NCBI GenBank assembly: GCA_016181105.1
Contig: JACOZX010000003.1
Coordinates: 1 to 42,578, forward strand
Reading direction: 5' to 3'
Source of the DNA: Candidatus Yanofskybacteria bacterium
GTDB taxonomy: Bacteria; Patescibacteriota; Minisyncoccia; 2-02-FULL-40-12; IGHO2-12-FULL-4
Length of the DNA: 42,578 bases
How positions within the stretch are numbered: position 1 is the stretch's first letter; each line of letters begins with the position of its first letter. Below, in pieces: positions 23,891-33,668 of the stretch. The translations under genes and the position numbers were made by a program. Below the pieces are notes generated by a model that was not told where the DNA came from, did not search any database, and saw only the letters and a program-made list of their open reading frames with translations.

Positions 23891-24372
23891 ATCTTGGTAA
23901 GTTGGGTAGCTACCGTGTGGTGTCCGCCTATGCTTTGGCTATGGCGAGACTCTTCGCGGAGGAAAGTCCGAACACTTATTTAATGGCAACTTAAGAGCTA
24001 TTAAAAACAGTAGCGGGTAACGCCCGTCGGCAGACGAGGTGTTTATACTGGTGGCTAAACCTGCCTGTGTAAACTTTGCCTTACAAATGCCAGAGGTGCG
24101 AGCAGAGACGTCTCAAGGCGCAAGCCTGGAGACACCCTTACGGGGTGAGCTTTGTTGGTAACAACGAAGGTGAAACGGCCAAATCCTTACTGGAGTGCAA
24201 GTACAGCGTTTCTCCACAGGCTCAGGATAAGTTTTCCTGTTGACTGTTGCGAGGTTCGAAAAGTTAGTACGCAGAAGTCCCGAAGTAATGAAGGACTAGA
24301 TTCAAACGGTAACGTTTGAACCAGATAAATTGCTACACAAACACAGAATTCGGCTTATAGACTTGCCAAGAT
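23891..24372 (+). ncRNA. rnpB: RNase P RNA (bacterial type)
   Basis: GGAGGAAAGTCCGAACAC (CR-I/P4 5' strand) lies near 23959-23976. AGATAAAT...ACAGAATTCGGCTTAT (CR-IV/V, P4 3' strand) lies near 24324-24358. Terminal P1 pairing is atcttggtaagt (23891-23902) with acttgccaagat (24361-24372). Confidence 0.9.
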
Positions 24373-24375
24373 ATT

Positions 24376-24428
24376 AAAAACCACCCCTCACCACTTTTAA
24401 GAAAAGAAAGTGGTGAGGGGTGGTTTTT
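24376..24428 (+). terminator. Strong hairpin terminator after rnpB
   Basis: aaaaaccacccctcaccactttt (24376-24398) pairs with aaagtggtgaggggtggttttt (24407-24428). It is flanked by an A-tract and a T-tract, so it is potentially bidirectional. Confidence 0.85.
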
Positions 24429-24465
24429 AATTGAAAAATTACTTTTTTTGTTATAAGGTTAACCC

Positions 24466-25851
24466 GTGAAAAAATCTGAGTTATTCTTCAACACGCTCCT
24501 TTTGCCTGTTGATTTTCTGATGATTGTCTTTGCCGGTATTGCTACCTACTTTTTGCGTACTGAGATTTTCTCTTCTTTCAGGCCGGTATTGTTTGAATTT
24601 AATCTGCCTCTGGAAAAATACTTCCTTTTAGTCTTTTTTGTCGCGGTCTTATTTATCGGTATTTTTGCCGTCTCCGGTCTCTATAAACTAAGGACGACCA
24701 CAGGAAGAATTGAGGAGTTTTTTAGGGTGGCGATAGCTTCCTCGGCAGGTGTGATGGTTCTAATTATTTATATTTTCTTGAGACAAGAACTTTTTAATTC
24801 CAGATTCTTGGTTTTGGGCGGTTGGTTTTTGTCTGTTGTTTTTGTTTCATTGGGCAGATTTCTGATTCGTTATCTGCAAAAAAGGTTAGTGGCTAGGCAC
24901 GATTTCGGAGTTCACAGAGTTTTGGTTATTGGCGACGACAAAATTTCAAGCAAACTCACTCAAGAAATATCCCAAAATCGGGCAATCGGCTATCGCATTG
25001 TTAAACATCTGGAGAATCCTGAAGTGGCAGAAGTAAAGTTGGCTATTGGCAATCCCGGTATTGATGAGGTTATTTTAGCCAACCCGAACTATCCGGAGGA
25101 GAAGATACTGGAGATAGTGGATTTTTGCAATGAGAACCATCTGACATTTAAATTTGTGCCGAACATTTACCAGACTTTAACAACTAATTTTTCCATTGAC
25201 GTGCTGGCCGGAGTTCCTATGATTGAGCTTCGTCGCACCAATCTAGACGGTTGGGGCAGGGTCATCAAAAGATTCGTAGACATTGTTTTCAGTTCGCTCG
25301 CTCTTGTTGTTTTTTCGCCATTTTTTTTAATCACAGCTTTTGCTATTAAGTGGGAAACCGAAGGGCCGGTCTTTGTAAGATTGCGCCGGGTAAGTCAAAG
25401 TAAAGAGTTTAACTTGCTGAAGTTCCGCTCTATGATAAAAAACGCTGAAGACCTGAAACCATTTTTAGCCGGCTTAAATGAGCGAAAAGATGGCCCGCTT
25501 TTTAAGATTAAAAATGACCCTCGTGTTACAAAAGTCGGAAGATTTATCCGGCATTATCGTTTAGATGAACTGCCCCAATTTCTTAATATCATCAGAGGCG
25601 ACATGAGCTTGATTGGCCCTCGGCCTCACCAGCCGGACGAAATTTCAAAATACCAAAAACATCAAAAGAAAGTTTTATCCATTAAAGCCGGGGCGACGGG
25701 TTTGGCGCAGATTTCCGGCAGTTCTGACTTGCCGTTTGAAGAAGAGGTTGCTCTGGACTCTTTTTATATTGAGAACTGGTCTCTTTTTCAGGACCTAAAA
25801 ATTATTTTAAAGACAATCAGCAAAATGTTTACCGACCGTTCTGCGGTCTAA
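24466..25851 (+). CDS. Polyprenyl-phosphate sugar phosphotransferase (WbaP/bacterial sugar transferase family)
   Basis: GTG start. N-terminal TM segments, then a C-terminal domain with GPLFKIKNDPRVTKVGRFIR...LDELPQFLNI.RGDMSL.GPRP. Confidence 0.88.
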   Translation: MKKSELFFNTLLLPVDFLMIVFAGIATYFLRTEIFSSFRPVLFEFNLPLEKYFLLVFFVAVLFIGIFAVSGLYKLRTTTGRIEEFFRVAIASSAGVMVLIIYIFLRQELFNSRFLVLGGWFLSVVFVSLGRFLIRYLQKRLVARHDFGVHRVLVIGDDKISSKLTQEISQNRAIGYRIVKHLENPEVAEVKLAIGNPGIDEVILANPNYPEEKILEIVDFCNENHLTFKFVPNIYQTLTTNFSIDVLAGVPMIELRRTNLDGWGRVIKRFVDIVFSSLALVVFSPFFLITAFAIKWETEGPVFVRLRRVSQSKEFNLLKFRSMIKNAEDLKPFLAGLNERKDGPLFKIKNDPRVTKVGRFIRHYRLDELPQFLNIIRGDMSLIGPRPHQPDEISKYQKHQKKVLSIKAGATGLAQISGSSDLPFEEEVALDSFYIENWSLFQDLKIILKTISKMFTDRSAV

Positions 25852-25859
25852 CGACTAAT

Positions 25860-26936
25860 ATGAGAGTTGCTCTGGTTCACGACTATCTTAATCAGTACGG
25901 CGGGGGAGAAAGAGTTTTGGGCTTTTTGTGTGAAATGTTTCCGTGGGCTCATATCTTTACCTTGATTTATGACGAGCGGCTTACCGGCGGCGCTTTTAGG
26001 GGTCGGCAGATTCACACCTCTTTTATACAAAAAATTCCTTGGGCTAAAAAAAATCATAGGCTTTTGCCGATGTTTATGCCTTTAGCGGTAGAACAGTTTG
26101 ATCTGTCAAAGTTTGATTTGGTAATTTCTAATTCAGCCTCTTTTGCCAAAGGAGTAATAACCAAGCCTTCCACAAGGCATGTTTCTTACTGCATGACGCC
26201 GACTAGATATCTCTGGGACGATAGCCACAAATATCTTGAAGAGTTTCAGCATCCTTTAATTATTAAAAAAATTACACCCTTATTGTTAAGTTATTTAAGG
26301 CTCTGGGATTATCAGGCAAGCAAAAGACCCGATAGTTTTATTGCCATATCTGAATTTGTGAAGCAGAGGATAAAAAAGTATTACAACCGCCCTTCCTCTG
26401 TAGTTTATCCCCCGGTTGACACCGGAAGGTTTAGGATTTCCAGCCAGATAGATGATTATTTTCTTATGGTTGGCCGGTTGGTCTCTTACAAAAGATTCGA
26501 CCTGGCAATCAAGGTTTTTAACAACCTTGGCTGGCCTTTAAAAATTATCGGTGACGGACCACAAAAAAAATATTTACAAAAAATTGCCGGTAAAAATATA
26601 AAATTTTTGGGATTAATTTCAGACCACAAACTGCCTTTGTATTATTCCAAAGCTAAGGCGCTCATGTTTCCTCAAGAGGAAGATTTCGGCATAGTTGTTG
26701 TTGAGGCCATGGCTTCAGGCAGGCCGGTGGTTGCTTTTAGGGCTGGCGGCAGTCTGGAAACTATTAGAGACGGTGAAACCGGAATTTTCTTTGACCAACA
26801 AACAGAAGAGTCTTTGACAGCCACACTTAAAGATTTCAACCCTTTTGATTTTGATTCCCAGAAGATAAAGGCAAGGGCGACACTTTTTGATAAGGGTATT
26901 TTTAGAGAAAAGTTTTCTACAGTTTTAAGCATTTAA
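25860..26936 (+). CDS. GT4/GT-B family glycosyltransferase
   Basis: The C-terminal half shows the GT1/GT4 signature: ....GRL...K.......F.......L.I.GDGP...L........N..FLG.........Y..A.....P..EDFG.V.VEAMASG.PV.A...GG..E. Confidence 0.82.
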   Translation: MRVALVHDYLNQYGGGERVLGFLCEMFPWAHIFTLIYDERLTGGAFRGRQIHTSFIQKIPWAKKNHRLLPMFMPLAVEQFDLSKFDLVISNSASFAKGVITKPSTRHVSYCMTPTRYLWDDSHKYLEEFQHPLIIKKITPLLLSYLRLWDYQASKRPDSFIAISEFVKQRIKKYYNRPSSVVYPPVDTGRFRISSQIDDYFLMVGRLVSYKRFDLAIKVFNNLGWPLKIIGDGPQKKYLQKIAGKNIKFLGLISDHKLPLYYSKAKALMFPQEEDFGIVVVEAMASGRPVVAFRAGGSLETIRDGETGIFFDQQTEESLTATLKDFNPFDFDSQKIKARATLFDKGIFREKFSTVLSI

Positions 26937-26945
26937 TTTTTAGCG

Positions 26946-28073
26946 ATGACCGTAGGAATTGACATAAGAGTTTTGGCGGGGGATTTGCAAAATGGCATTG
27001 CCCAGTATCTTTTAAATATTCTGCCGGAACTTATTAAACTGGACCCTCAAATTAAGTTTAAACTTTTTTTTAGTTCGCTTAAAAAATGTGAGTTGGATTA
27101 CGAGTGGCTTAAGGAAAAAAATGTAGAGCTTCACAGATTTAAACTTTCCAATCATTTTCTTTTTGCTTCATCAAGGATTTTTAACCGTCCCTATTTAGAC
27201 AAAATGGTCGGTGGGGCAGATATTTTTTTTAGTCCTCATTTTTTCCTTGCCCCTCTCTCTGGTGAATGTAAGTCGGCAGTTGTATTTCACGACCTTTCTT
27301 TTTTACGCTATCCTGAATTTTTTTCTTGGCGAAAAAATATCTGGCATCGTTTTGAGATGAATCCCAAAAAACAAGCTTTGGCAGCCGACAAAATTATTGC
27401 CGTCTCACGCTCAACCCGCAACGATCTGATTTCTTTTTTCGGCACCAACTCAAATAAAATCAAAGTCATCTACTCCGGCTTATCTAAAAGTTTTTTATTT
27501 AAGCCGAGTCAAGAAGAGATGGAAAAAGTGAAAAGCAAATATCAATTGCCTGAAAATTTTTTCTTGTATTTAGGCAAGATTGAACCGAGAAAGAATGTTT
27601 CAGGCATTATCAGGGCTTTCGAGAGTTTTTCAGACAAAAGTTTTCACTTGGTTATAGCCGGAGAACTGGGTTGGCTTTGCAAAGATGTTTTGAGGGCTTA
27701 CAACAGAAGTCCTTACAAAAGGTTAATACACCTTACTGGTCCCGTAGATGAAAAAGATAAATTATCAGTTTATCAGTTGTCTAAAACATTAATATATTCC
27801 AGTTTTTTTGAGGGCTTTGGTTTCCCGCCTCTTGAGGCTATGGCCCTAGGAATACCGGTAATTACATCCAGAAACTCGTCTATGCCGGAGGTGGTGGGCG
27901 ATTCAGCTCTTTTGGTTGATCCATACGATGTTGGAGAGATATCTCAAGCCATGGAAAGCCTTATTTTTAATAACTTCTTGAGGCAAAATTTTGTAGAAAA
28001 GGGCATTAGGAGAAGTAAACTTTTTTCTTGGCAAAAAACAGCCGAAGAAACATTAATTTTTTTGTTATCCTGA
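26946..28073 (+). CDS. GT4/GT-B family glycosyltransferase
   Basis: ...F.LY.G..EPRKN............L...G..GW.............L.G.V....L...Y..........S..EGFG.PPLEAMA.G.PVI.S..SS.PEV.GD.ALLVDP. Confidence 0.82.
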   Translation: MTVGIDIRVLAGDLQNGIAQYLLNILPELIKLDPQIKFKLFFSSLKKCELDYEWLKEKNVELHRFKLSNHFLFASSRIFNRPYLDKMVGGADIFFSPHFFLAPLSGECKSAVVFHDLSFLRYPEFFSWRKNIWHRFEMNPKKQALAADKIIAVSRSTRNDLISFFGTNSNKIKVIYSGLSKSFLFKPSQEEMEKVKSKYQLPENFFLYLGKIEPRKNVSGIIRAFESFSDKSFHLVIAGELGWLCKDVLRAYNRSPYKRLIHLTGPVDEKDKLSVYQLSKTLIYSSFFEGFGFPPLEAMALGIPVITSRNSSMPEVVGDSALLVDPYDVGEISQAMESLIFNNFLRQNFVEKGIRRSKLFSWQKTAEETLIFLLS

Positions 28074-28166
28074 TCTCTCTTTTGATTATAAGGGAACCCG
28101 AAAAGTCTTGTTTATATTTACAGCTACCTTAGTTCTTTAAACTGGAGTAGAATTAAACGGTAGCTA

Positions 28167-30572
28167 ATGAAAGAAAAAGATAAAAGCACAAAAGCAATTT
28201 TTGACATTAGGCCGGTAGACCAAGCCGGTAGAGTTGACCTGGCAAAAATTGAAAATATTGCCACAGAACTGAATTTAAGGAAACCGGTTGTTTTAGAGGT
28301 AAGAACTGTTTCCGAGCCTGTCAAGAAGTCTCCGGTTAATTTAACAAAAAAAGAGGAAGTTTTGGACAGAGAAAATTTGATAGAAAGTTTTCATGAAGAA
28401 CTGCATAAAGAAAATGAGTTAGAGCTTGTCTTAGCTGAAGTGGGCGGCATGGTGCATAAGGGCGGACTAAAAGAAATTTTAAGAAAGAATATTTCTTTTC
28501 CGAGGGTGGAAAATATGGCCTTGGCGGAACAGACTTTTTCGCCGATAGCGAGGGAGGTAGAGGTGCGGTTGGAAAATTTTCAGAATATTACGTCATCGGA
28601 TGACGCGAGTGCCAATTATTCTAATCTACCTAATCAAGTCCCAATAACCAATGCGAGTAGCCAAAAAGAACAGCGGACCCAAAGACAATATTTATCAAAA
28701 CTAAAACTTACCGCTTTTAGCTTACTGCTTATCGCTTTTGTTTTTTTTGGGCTTTTTAAACTAAAAAATAACTTACAAACAGAAGTAGTGCAGAGCGGAA
28801 ACGAAGCCGTTAAAAATCTGGAAACGGCCAAGGCGGATATTGAAAAATTTGATTTTGCGTCGGCGGCCATCCGTTTTGCTTTGGCTTATGAAAGTTTTTC
28901 TGGCGCTTCTTCCAATCTGAATTTGCTGGGCAACTCACTTTCTTCTTTTTTGGGCGACTTGCCGGGTTTTGGCAAACTTAAATCAGCCCAGAATCTATCC
29001 AAGGCCGGAGCAAGCATAGCCGAAGCCGGCAAAAATCTCTCTTCGGCCGTTGACAATTTTTACCGGTCTAACTTGGTTTCAGAGAAGAACTCTCTTTTGG
29101 ACTTTATCAGTCCGCTTAAAAATTCTCTTGTTTCAGCTCAAGAACGAGTCAAGCTGGCCGGCCAGCTTCTGGCTCAAGTGGATGACGATGTCATACCGGA
29201 AGAAAAAAAGGAGTCTTTTCTTGATTTTAAGTCTAAGTTGCCTGATTTGCAGAACTTTATGGACGGAGCGTTGAGTTACGCCGGGTTTTTGTCGGAAGCA
29301 GTGGGAGATTCAGGACCAAAAAAATATCTGGTTCTTTTTCAAAACAACACCGAGTTAAGACCGACGGGCGGATTTATCGGCAGTTATGCTCTGGTTGATT
29401 TTTCCCGGGGATTTTTGAGAGAGCTGAAAGTTGAGGATGTCTACTATACTGACGGTCAGGCCAAAAAAAATATTATTCCTCCCAAAGAACTTCAGCACAT
29501 AACTCCAAGTTGGGGCATGAGAGACGCCAACTGGTTTGTTAACTTTCCGGATTCAGCCCGCAAAATTATGGAACTGTACACAGAAAATGACGGCGGTCCT
29601 CTGGTAGATGGAGTTTTAAGTATCACGCCGGACGTTATCTTAAATATTTTGAAGGTAACCGGTCCGATTGAACTCCTGGAATACGGCCGGACGATTGACA
29701 GCGAAAACTTTTTGGCCGAGATACAAGAGGAAGTTGAGTATGGAGAAAACAGGGAAAAACCCAAACAAATTCTGGTTGATTTTATGCCGAAGTTTATGGA
29801 GATACTGGGCAGACAAGACAAGGAAAAGTGGCTTGAGATATTCAAAATTTTGGCGTCAAGCGCGGAGCAAAAGCACATCCTTGCTTATTTTAAAAATTCT
29901 TCTTTAGAGAAAGTGGCGGTTGACAACGGTTTTGGCGGCGAAGTCAAAGAGACAGACGGGGATTTTCTTATGGTGGTGCACAGTAACGTTAAGGGGTCAA
30001 AAACAGATGCGGTGATTGATAACTCTTATGAAGTTGATTCTTGGGTTTCCGAGGATGGTTTTGTTGAACACCAGTTGAAAATCAAAAGAAAGCACAACGG
30101 CGGCAAGACAAAACTGGGTTTTTATAACAGGACTAATTATGACTTTGTCAGGGTGCTGGTGCCTAAAGGTTCGGTGTTGTCAGAGGTAAAAGGCGATTAC
30201 AAAGCCAACTTTAAGCCGCTGATAAATTACGGAGAAAGCGCTAGTTTTGTGACAGATGCAGACTTGGAAAATTATGAGAGCGATTCAAAAGAAAGCGGAA
30301 AAAGCATTTTTAGTTTTTGGCTTAAGCTTGAACCGGGACAATCTCAAGAAGTGGTTTTAGAGTATAAGACGCCAGTCAGTGTTAGTGCCGGTAATTATAC
30401 TCTTTTGGTCCAAAAACAGCCGGGCACGGATGATAAGTTTGATTTTGTCTTTCAACTACCGGAGGAGATGGAGGTAACTTATAAGTATCCCGAACTTGTC
30501 ATTCAAGATGGTGTAGTATACTTTGGCACATACCTTTTGAAAGATCTGGTTATCGGACTTAAACTGCAATGA
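28167..30572 (+). CDS. DUF4012-like membrane-anchored extracytoplasmic protein
   Basis: 801 aa, one TM (LTAFSLLLIAFVFFGLF). YLVLFQNNTELRPTGGFIGSYALVDF matches the QNNAE.R.TGG..G core I associate with DUF4012 (from memory, not searched). Sits next to glycosyltransferases. Confidence 0.6.
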   Translation: MKEKDKSTKAIFDIRPVDQAGRVDLAKIENIATELNLRKPVVLEVRTVSEPVKKSPVNLTKKEEVLDRENLIESFHEELHKENELELVLAEVGGMVHKGGLKEILRKNISFPRVENMALAEQTFSPIAREVEVRLENFQNITSSDDASANYSNLPNQVPITNASSQKEQRTQRQYLSKLKLTAFSLLLIAFVFFGLFKLKNNLQTEVVQSGNEAVKNLETAKADIEKFDFASAAIRFALAYESFSGASSNLNLLGNSLSSFLGDLPGFGKLKSAQNLSKAGASIAEAGKNLSSAVDNFYRSNLVSEKNSLLDFISPLKNSLVSAQERVKLAGQLLAQVDDDVIPEEKKESFLDFKSKLPDLQNFMDGALSYAGFLSEAVGDSGPKKYLVLFQNNTELRPTGGFIGSYALVDFSRGFLRELKVEDVYYTDGQAKKNIIPPKELQHITPSWGMRDANWFVNFPDSARKIMELYTENDGGPLVDGVLSITPDVILNILKVTGPIELLEYGRTIDSENFLAEIQEEVEYGENREKPKQILVDFMPKFMEILGRQDKEKWLEIFKILASSAEQKHILAYFKNSSLEKVAVDNGFGGEVKETDGDFLMVVHSNVKGSKTDAVIDNSYEVDSWVSEDGFVEHQLKIKRKHNGGKTKLGFYNRTNYDFVRVLVPKGSVLSEVKGDYKANFKPLINYGESASFVTDADLENYESDSKESGKSIFSFWLKLEPGQSQEVVLEYKTPVSVSAGNYTLLVQKQPGTDDKFDFVFQLPEEMEVTYKYPELVIQDGVVYFGTYLLKDLVIGLKLQ

Positions 30573-30616
30573 AAACCTTTGTACGGAGTGTTAAATATGC
30601 ACCTCCTCCGTGTCCC

Positions 30617-30645
30617 TTGACTTTTTTACTCGTTTCTTGTATCAT
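30617..30645 (+). promoter_or_regulatory. Sigma70-like promoter (TTGACT, 17-nt spacer, TATCAT)
   Basis: -35 at 30617-30622 and -10 at 30640-30645. It lies upstream of the SD-preceded ATG at 30691. Confidence 0.5.
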
Positions 30646-30690
30646 TTAAAAGTAACTTTTAAGTCAAAGAACATTAAAAAGGAGTTAGCG

Positions 30691-31218
30691 ATGAATGAAG
30701 CTGAGAGTGTTAAGCTGAAGAAAATTGACGATAGTACTTATATTTCAAGCAGGATTAGTGATAATGAAGAACTGGTCTTTTGCCCAATATGTTCTTCTTT
30801 GTTTACCAGTAGTGAGATGAAGAAAGCTTACCAAGAGTATACAAGACTGAAGGGGGAAGCTAAAAAGGAAAAAGCATTGGAAGATGATTTCAACGTAGAA
30901 TTTGCTTCGGAAATTCGTATGTTTAATAGGAATCATAAAATTCTTGCTGCTGTTTCTTACTCGATTCCTTTCGGTTTTTTTTTAACGCCTTTTGCTTTAG
31001 GTTGGAGTAGTTACATTTTTAGTTTTTGGTTTCCGATAGCTGTGACTGTAGCTGTAGTCATGGTTACAGGAAATGCATTTTACGCTTTCATGTTTACGAA
31101 ACGAAAAGATAAGCTTTTTCAAGAGTTTAAGGCAAAGCGTCTTGAACCAAAGAGTGTTGAGGCAGAATGTCTGACAAAGTGTCTTTTGGGGGATTTGAGT
31201 CAAGACACGAAAGTCTAA
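30691..31218 (+). CDS. Hypothetical membrane protein (soluble N-terminal region, two C-terminal TM helices)
   Basis: The ATG at 30691 is preceded by aaaaaggag. The GTG-extended ORF from 30610 overlaps the promoter, so the shorter form is preferred. No family recognised. Confidence 0.55.
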   Translation: MNEAESVKLKKIDDSTYISSRISDNEELVFCPICSSLFTSSEMKKAYQEYTRLKGEAKKEKALEDDFNVEFASEIRMFNRNHKILAAVSYSIPFGFFLTPFALGWSSYIFSFWFPIAVTVAVVMVTGNAFYAFMFTKRKDKLFQEFKAKRLEPKSVEAECLTKCLLGDLSQDTKV

Positions 31219-31238
31219 TTATTTGGGCAGAAAGTTTT

Positions 31239-31265
31239 AAAAGCGATCGCAAGATCGCCTTTTGA
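31239..31265 (+). terminator. Rho-independent terminator (gcgatc GCAA gatcgc followed by a T-tract)
   Basis: Stem 31243-31248 / 31253-31258, GNRA loop, flanking A/T pairs, then cttttgattttt. Confidence 0.7.
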
Positions 31266-31296
31266 TTTTTTAGACTCAATATGCTAAAGTAAATCT

Positions 31297-31488
31297 ATGA
31301 AAACGGAAAGTTTTAACAAAAAATCAAATGAAGTTATGATTCTTCTGTTGGAGCAGCTTAAAGAGGTGAACAACAAATTAAGCAGGTTTTTCAAGCTAAT
31401 ACCAGAAGAAAGTCTGAAAGGTTACAAAAATCGTGAACAGATAAAGAAAGCGCATCGCAACGCTCTCGATTTATATCCGTATGAATAG
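31297..31488 (+). CDS. Putative antitoxin (partner of the RelE/ParE-like gene)
   Basis: 63-aa ORF overlapping the downstream toxin-like gene by 8 nt. Assigned by context only. Confidence 0.4.
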   Translation: MKTESFNKKSNEVMILLLEQLKEVNNKLSRFFKLIPEESLKGYKNREQIKKAHRNALDLYPYE

Positions 31489-31741
31489 TATGGTTATTTT
31501 TAAAACCAAAGATTTTGAAAAAGAACTCAAAAAATTGCCCTCCGAGATAAAAAGTTTGTTTAAAAAACAGAAAACTACCCTTGAGGATAATTGGCTTGAC
31601 CCCAGGCTCCACACCAAGAAAATAAAAGAAATACCAGGAGTTTACTCATTTAGAATCACCCGACAGTACCGGGTGCTTTTTTATTTTAGTAAAAATAATG
31701 CTATTTTTTTCAGCATCGGACATAGAAAAGATATTTACTAA
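31481..31741 (+). CDS. RelE/ParE-superfamily toxin-like protein
   Basis: 86 aa. ...F.K..KKL........K.........P.LH.KK.K....VYSFRIT.QYRVLF.......I.F..IGHRKDIY fits the RelE/ParE (plasmid stabilisation) pattern. Confidence 0.6.
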   Translation: MNSMVIFKTKDFEKELKKLPSEIKSLFKKQKTTLEDNWLDPRLHTKKIKEIPGVYSFRITRQYRVLFYFSKNNAIFFSIGHRKDIY

Positions 31742-33504
31742 TGAACATCCGTAATTTTGCAATTATTGCTCATATTGATCATGGCAAGTCAACTTTGGCT
31801 GATCGGCTTTTGGAATTGACGGGGACGGTAGAGAAAAGAAAAATGCAGGAGCAGTTTTTGGATACGATGGAGTTGGAAAGGGAAAGAGGGATTACGATAA
31901 AACTTCAGCCGGTGAGGATGAAGTACAAAGATTATATTCTGAACTTGATTGACACTCCGGGGCATGTGGACTTTACTTATGAAGTTTCTCGTTCACTGGC
32001 GGCGGTGGAGGGGGTGATTTTGCTGGTGGATGCGACTCAAGGCGTGCAGGCGCAGACTTTGGCTAATTTGGTTTTGGCCCAAAAGCTGAATCTGGCAATA
32101 ATTCCCGTGATTAATAAAATTGACTTGCCAAACTCCAGAGTCAAAGAAGTTGAGGAAGAAATTTTTAATTTGCTTGGTGTCGGTCCGGATGAAATTTTAA
32201 AAATATCGGCTAAGACTGGCGAGGGGGTTAAGGAAGTTCTTGAGGCGGTGATTGAGCGTATTTCTCCGGCGCCGACCGGTGACGGCGAATTTCGGGCTTT
32301 AATTTTTGACTCGGTTTTTGACACTTACAAAGGGGTTATTGCTTTTGTCAGAGTCTTTGGCGGTTCTTTGAAGGCAGGAGACGAGATTAAGCTTTTTGCG
32401 GCAAAGGAAAAGGGCGAAGTGCTTGAAGTCGGATACTTTTCGCCTAAACTCCAAAAGAGTCAGGAGCTTCTCAACGGGGAAATAGGCTATGTGGCGACTG
32501 GCATAAAGTTGCCTCAAAAAGTCAGGGTTGGCGATACGATAATGAAAAGTAACTCTAGCGCCATGGCTCTGTCGGGGTATCAAGACCCCTTGCTTGTTGT
32601 CTTTGCCAGCTTTTATCCCGAGGATTCCGATCAGTTTGATGATTTAAAAGACGCTTTGGGGAAATTGAAACTGACTGACGCTTCGCTTTCTTTTGAACCG
32701 GAAAGCTCACCGGCTTTGGGGCGGGGTTTCCGGCTGGGATTTTTGGGCCTCCTTCACATAGAGATTATAAGCGAGAGACTGAAGAGAGAGTTTGGTCTTG
32801 GTCTGATAATTTCTTCGCCGACAGTTGAATACGAAGTGACTCTGAAAAAAGGACAAGCAATAAGAATACGTTCAGCCAACCAAATTCCCGACCCCAGTTT
32901 TATTGAAAAAATAGAAGAGCCTGTCAGTCAGCTGAATATAATTACACCTCTGGCTTACTTGGGTTCGGTTATGAAGCTTATCGGCGAGATCAGGAGCAGT
33001 TATAAGGAGACAAATTATTTAAGCAAAGAAGTTGTGCGTTTGGTTTACGAAGTGCCGCTTAGCGAAATTATTACCGATTTTTACGATCGTCTTAAGAGCG
33101 TCAGTTCGGGTTATGCCTCAATGAGTTATGAACCTGCTGGCTACAGTCAGGCTGATTTGGTAAAATTGGATATATTGATTGCCGGTGACAAGATTGAGCC
33201 TTTTTCTAAAATTGTGCCCAGAGACCAAGCCGAAAGAGTCGGTCGGGCGATGGTTGAGAAACTCAAAGATGTGATACCTCAACAACTTTTCGCAGTTTCT
33301 TTGCAGGCGGCGGTCGGCGGCAAGGTACTAGCCAGAGAAACTATAAAAGCAAGGAGGAAAGATGTTACCGGTTATCTTTATGGTGGAGACGTTACCAGAA
33401 AAAAGAAACTTCTGGAAAAGCAAAAGAGGGGCAAGGAAAGAATGAAAGAAGAAGGCAGAGTAAATATTCCTCAAAAAGTCTTTTTGGAGATGTTAAAAAA
33501 ATAA
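31741..33504 (+). CDS. lepA: Translation elongation factor 4 (LepA)
   Basis: IRNF.IIAHIDHGKSTLADRLLE.TG...........[13 protein letters not shown]......Y......Y.LNLIDTPGHVDF..EVSRSLAA.EG..L.VDA.QGV.AQT, plus the LepA-specific C-terminal domain. The ATG overlaps the toxin TAA (TAATG). Confidence 0.95.
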   Translation: MNIRNFAIIAHIDHGKSTLADRLLELTGTVEKRKMQEQFLDTMELERERGITIKLQPVRMKYKDYILNLIDTPGHVDFTYEVSRSLAAVEGVILLVDATQGVQAQTLANLVLAQKLNLAIIPVINKIDLPNSRVKEVEEEIFNLLGVGPDEILKISAKTGEGVKEVLEAVIERISPAPTGDGEFRALIFDSVFDTYKGVIAFVRVFGGSLKAGDEIKLFAAKEKGEVLEVGYFSPKLQKSQELLNGEIGYVATGIKLPQKVRVGDTIMKSNSSAMALSGYQDPLLVVFASFYPEDSDQFDDLKDALGKLKLTDASLSFEPESSPALGRGFRLGFLGLLHIEIISERLKREFGLGLIISSPTVEYEVTLKKGQAIRIRSANQIPDPSFIEKIEEPVSQLNIITPLAYLGSVMKLIGEIRSSYKETNYLSKEVVRLVYEVPLSEIITDFYDRLKSVSSGYASMSYEPAGYSQADLVKLDILIAGDKIEPFSKIVPRDQAERVGRAMVEKLKDVIPQQLFAVSLQAAVGGKVLARETIKARRKDVTGYLYGGDVTRKKKLLEKQKRGKERMKEEGRVNIPQKVFLEMLKK

Positions 33505-33505
33505 G

Positions 33506-33668
33506 GTTGGTTTTGCGTTTATTGCTTTTTCCGGACGCTTGCTCACCAGCGATTCGCTGCGCTCGCTCTGGCCTGTGGATTTTGCTTGCAGTGAAAAATT
33601 ATACTGCTCGCAAACCATGCAATCACACAGTCCAGAGCGCCCACAAAAGCAATAAACGCAAAACCAAC
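33506..33668 (+). repeat. 163-nt hairpin element starting 2 nt after the lepA stop, of the same family as 11645-11876
   Basis: A perfect 24-bp outer stem: gttggttttgcgtttattgctttt (33506-33529) pairs with aaaagcaataaacgcaaaaccaac (33645-33668). Inner pairings: cgctctgg.ctgtg with cacag.ccagagcg, and tttgcttgcag with ctgctcgcaaa. There is a side hairpin cagcg-att-cgctg. Confidence 0.8.
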
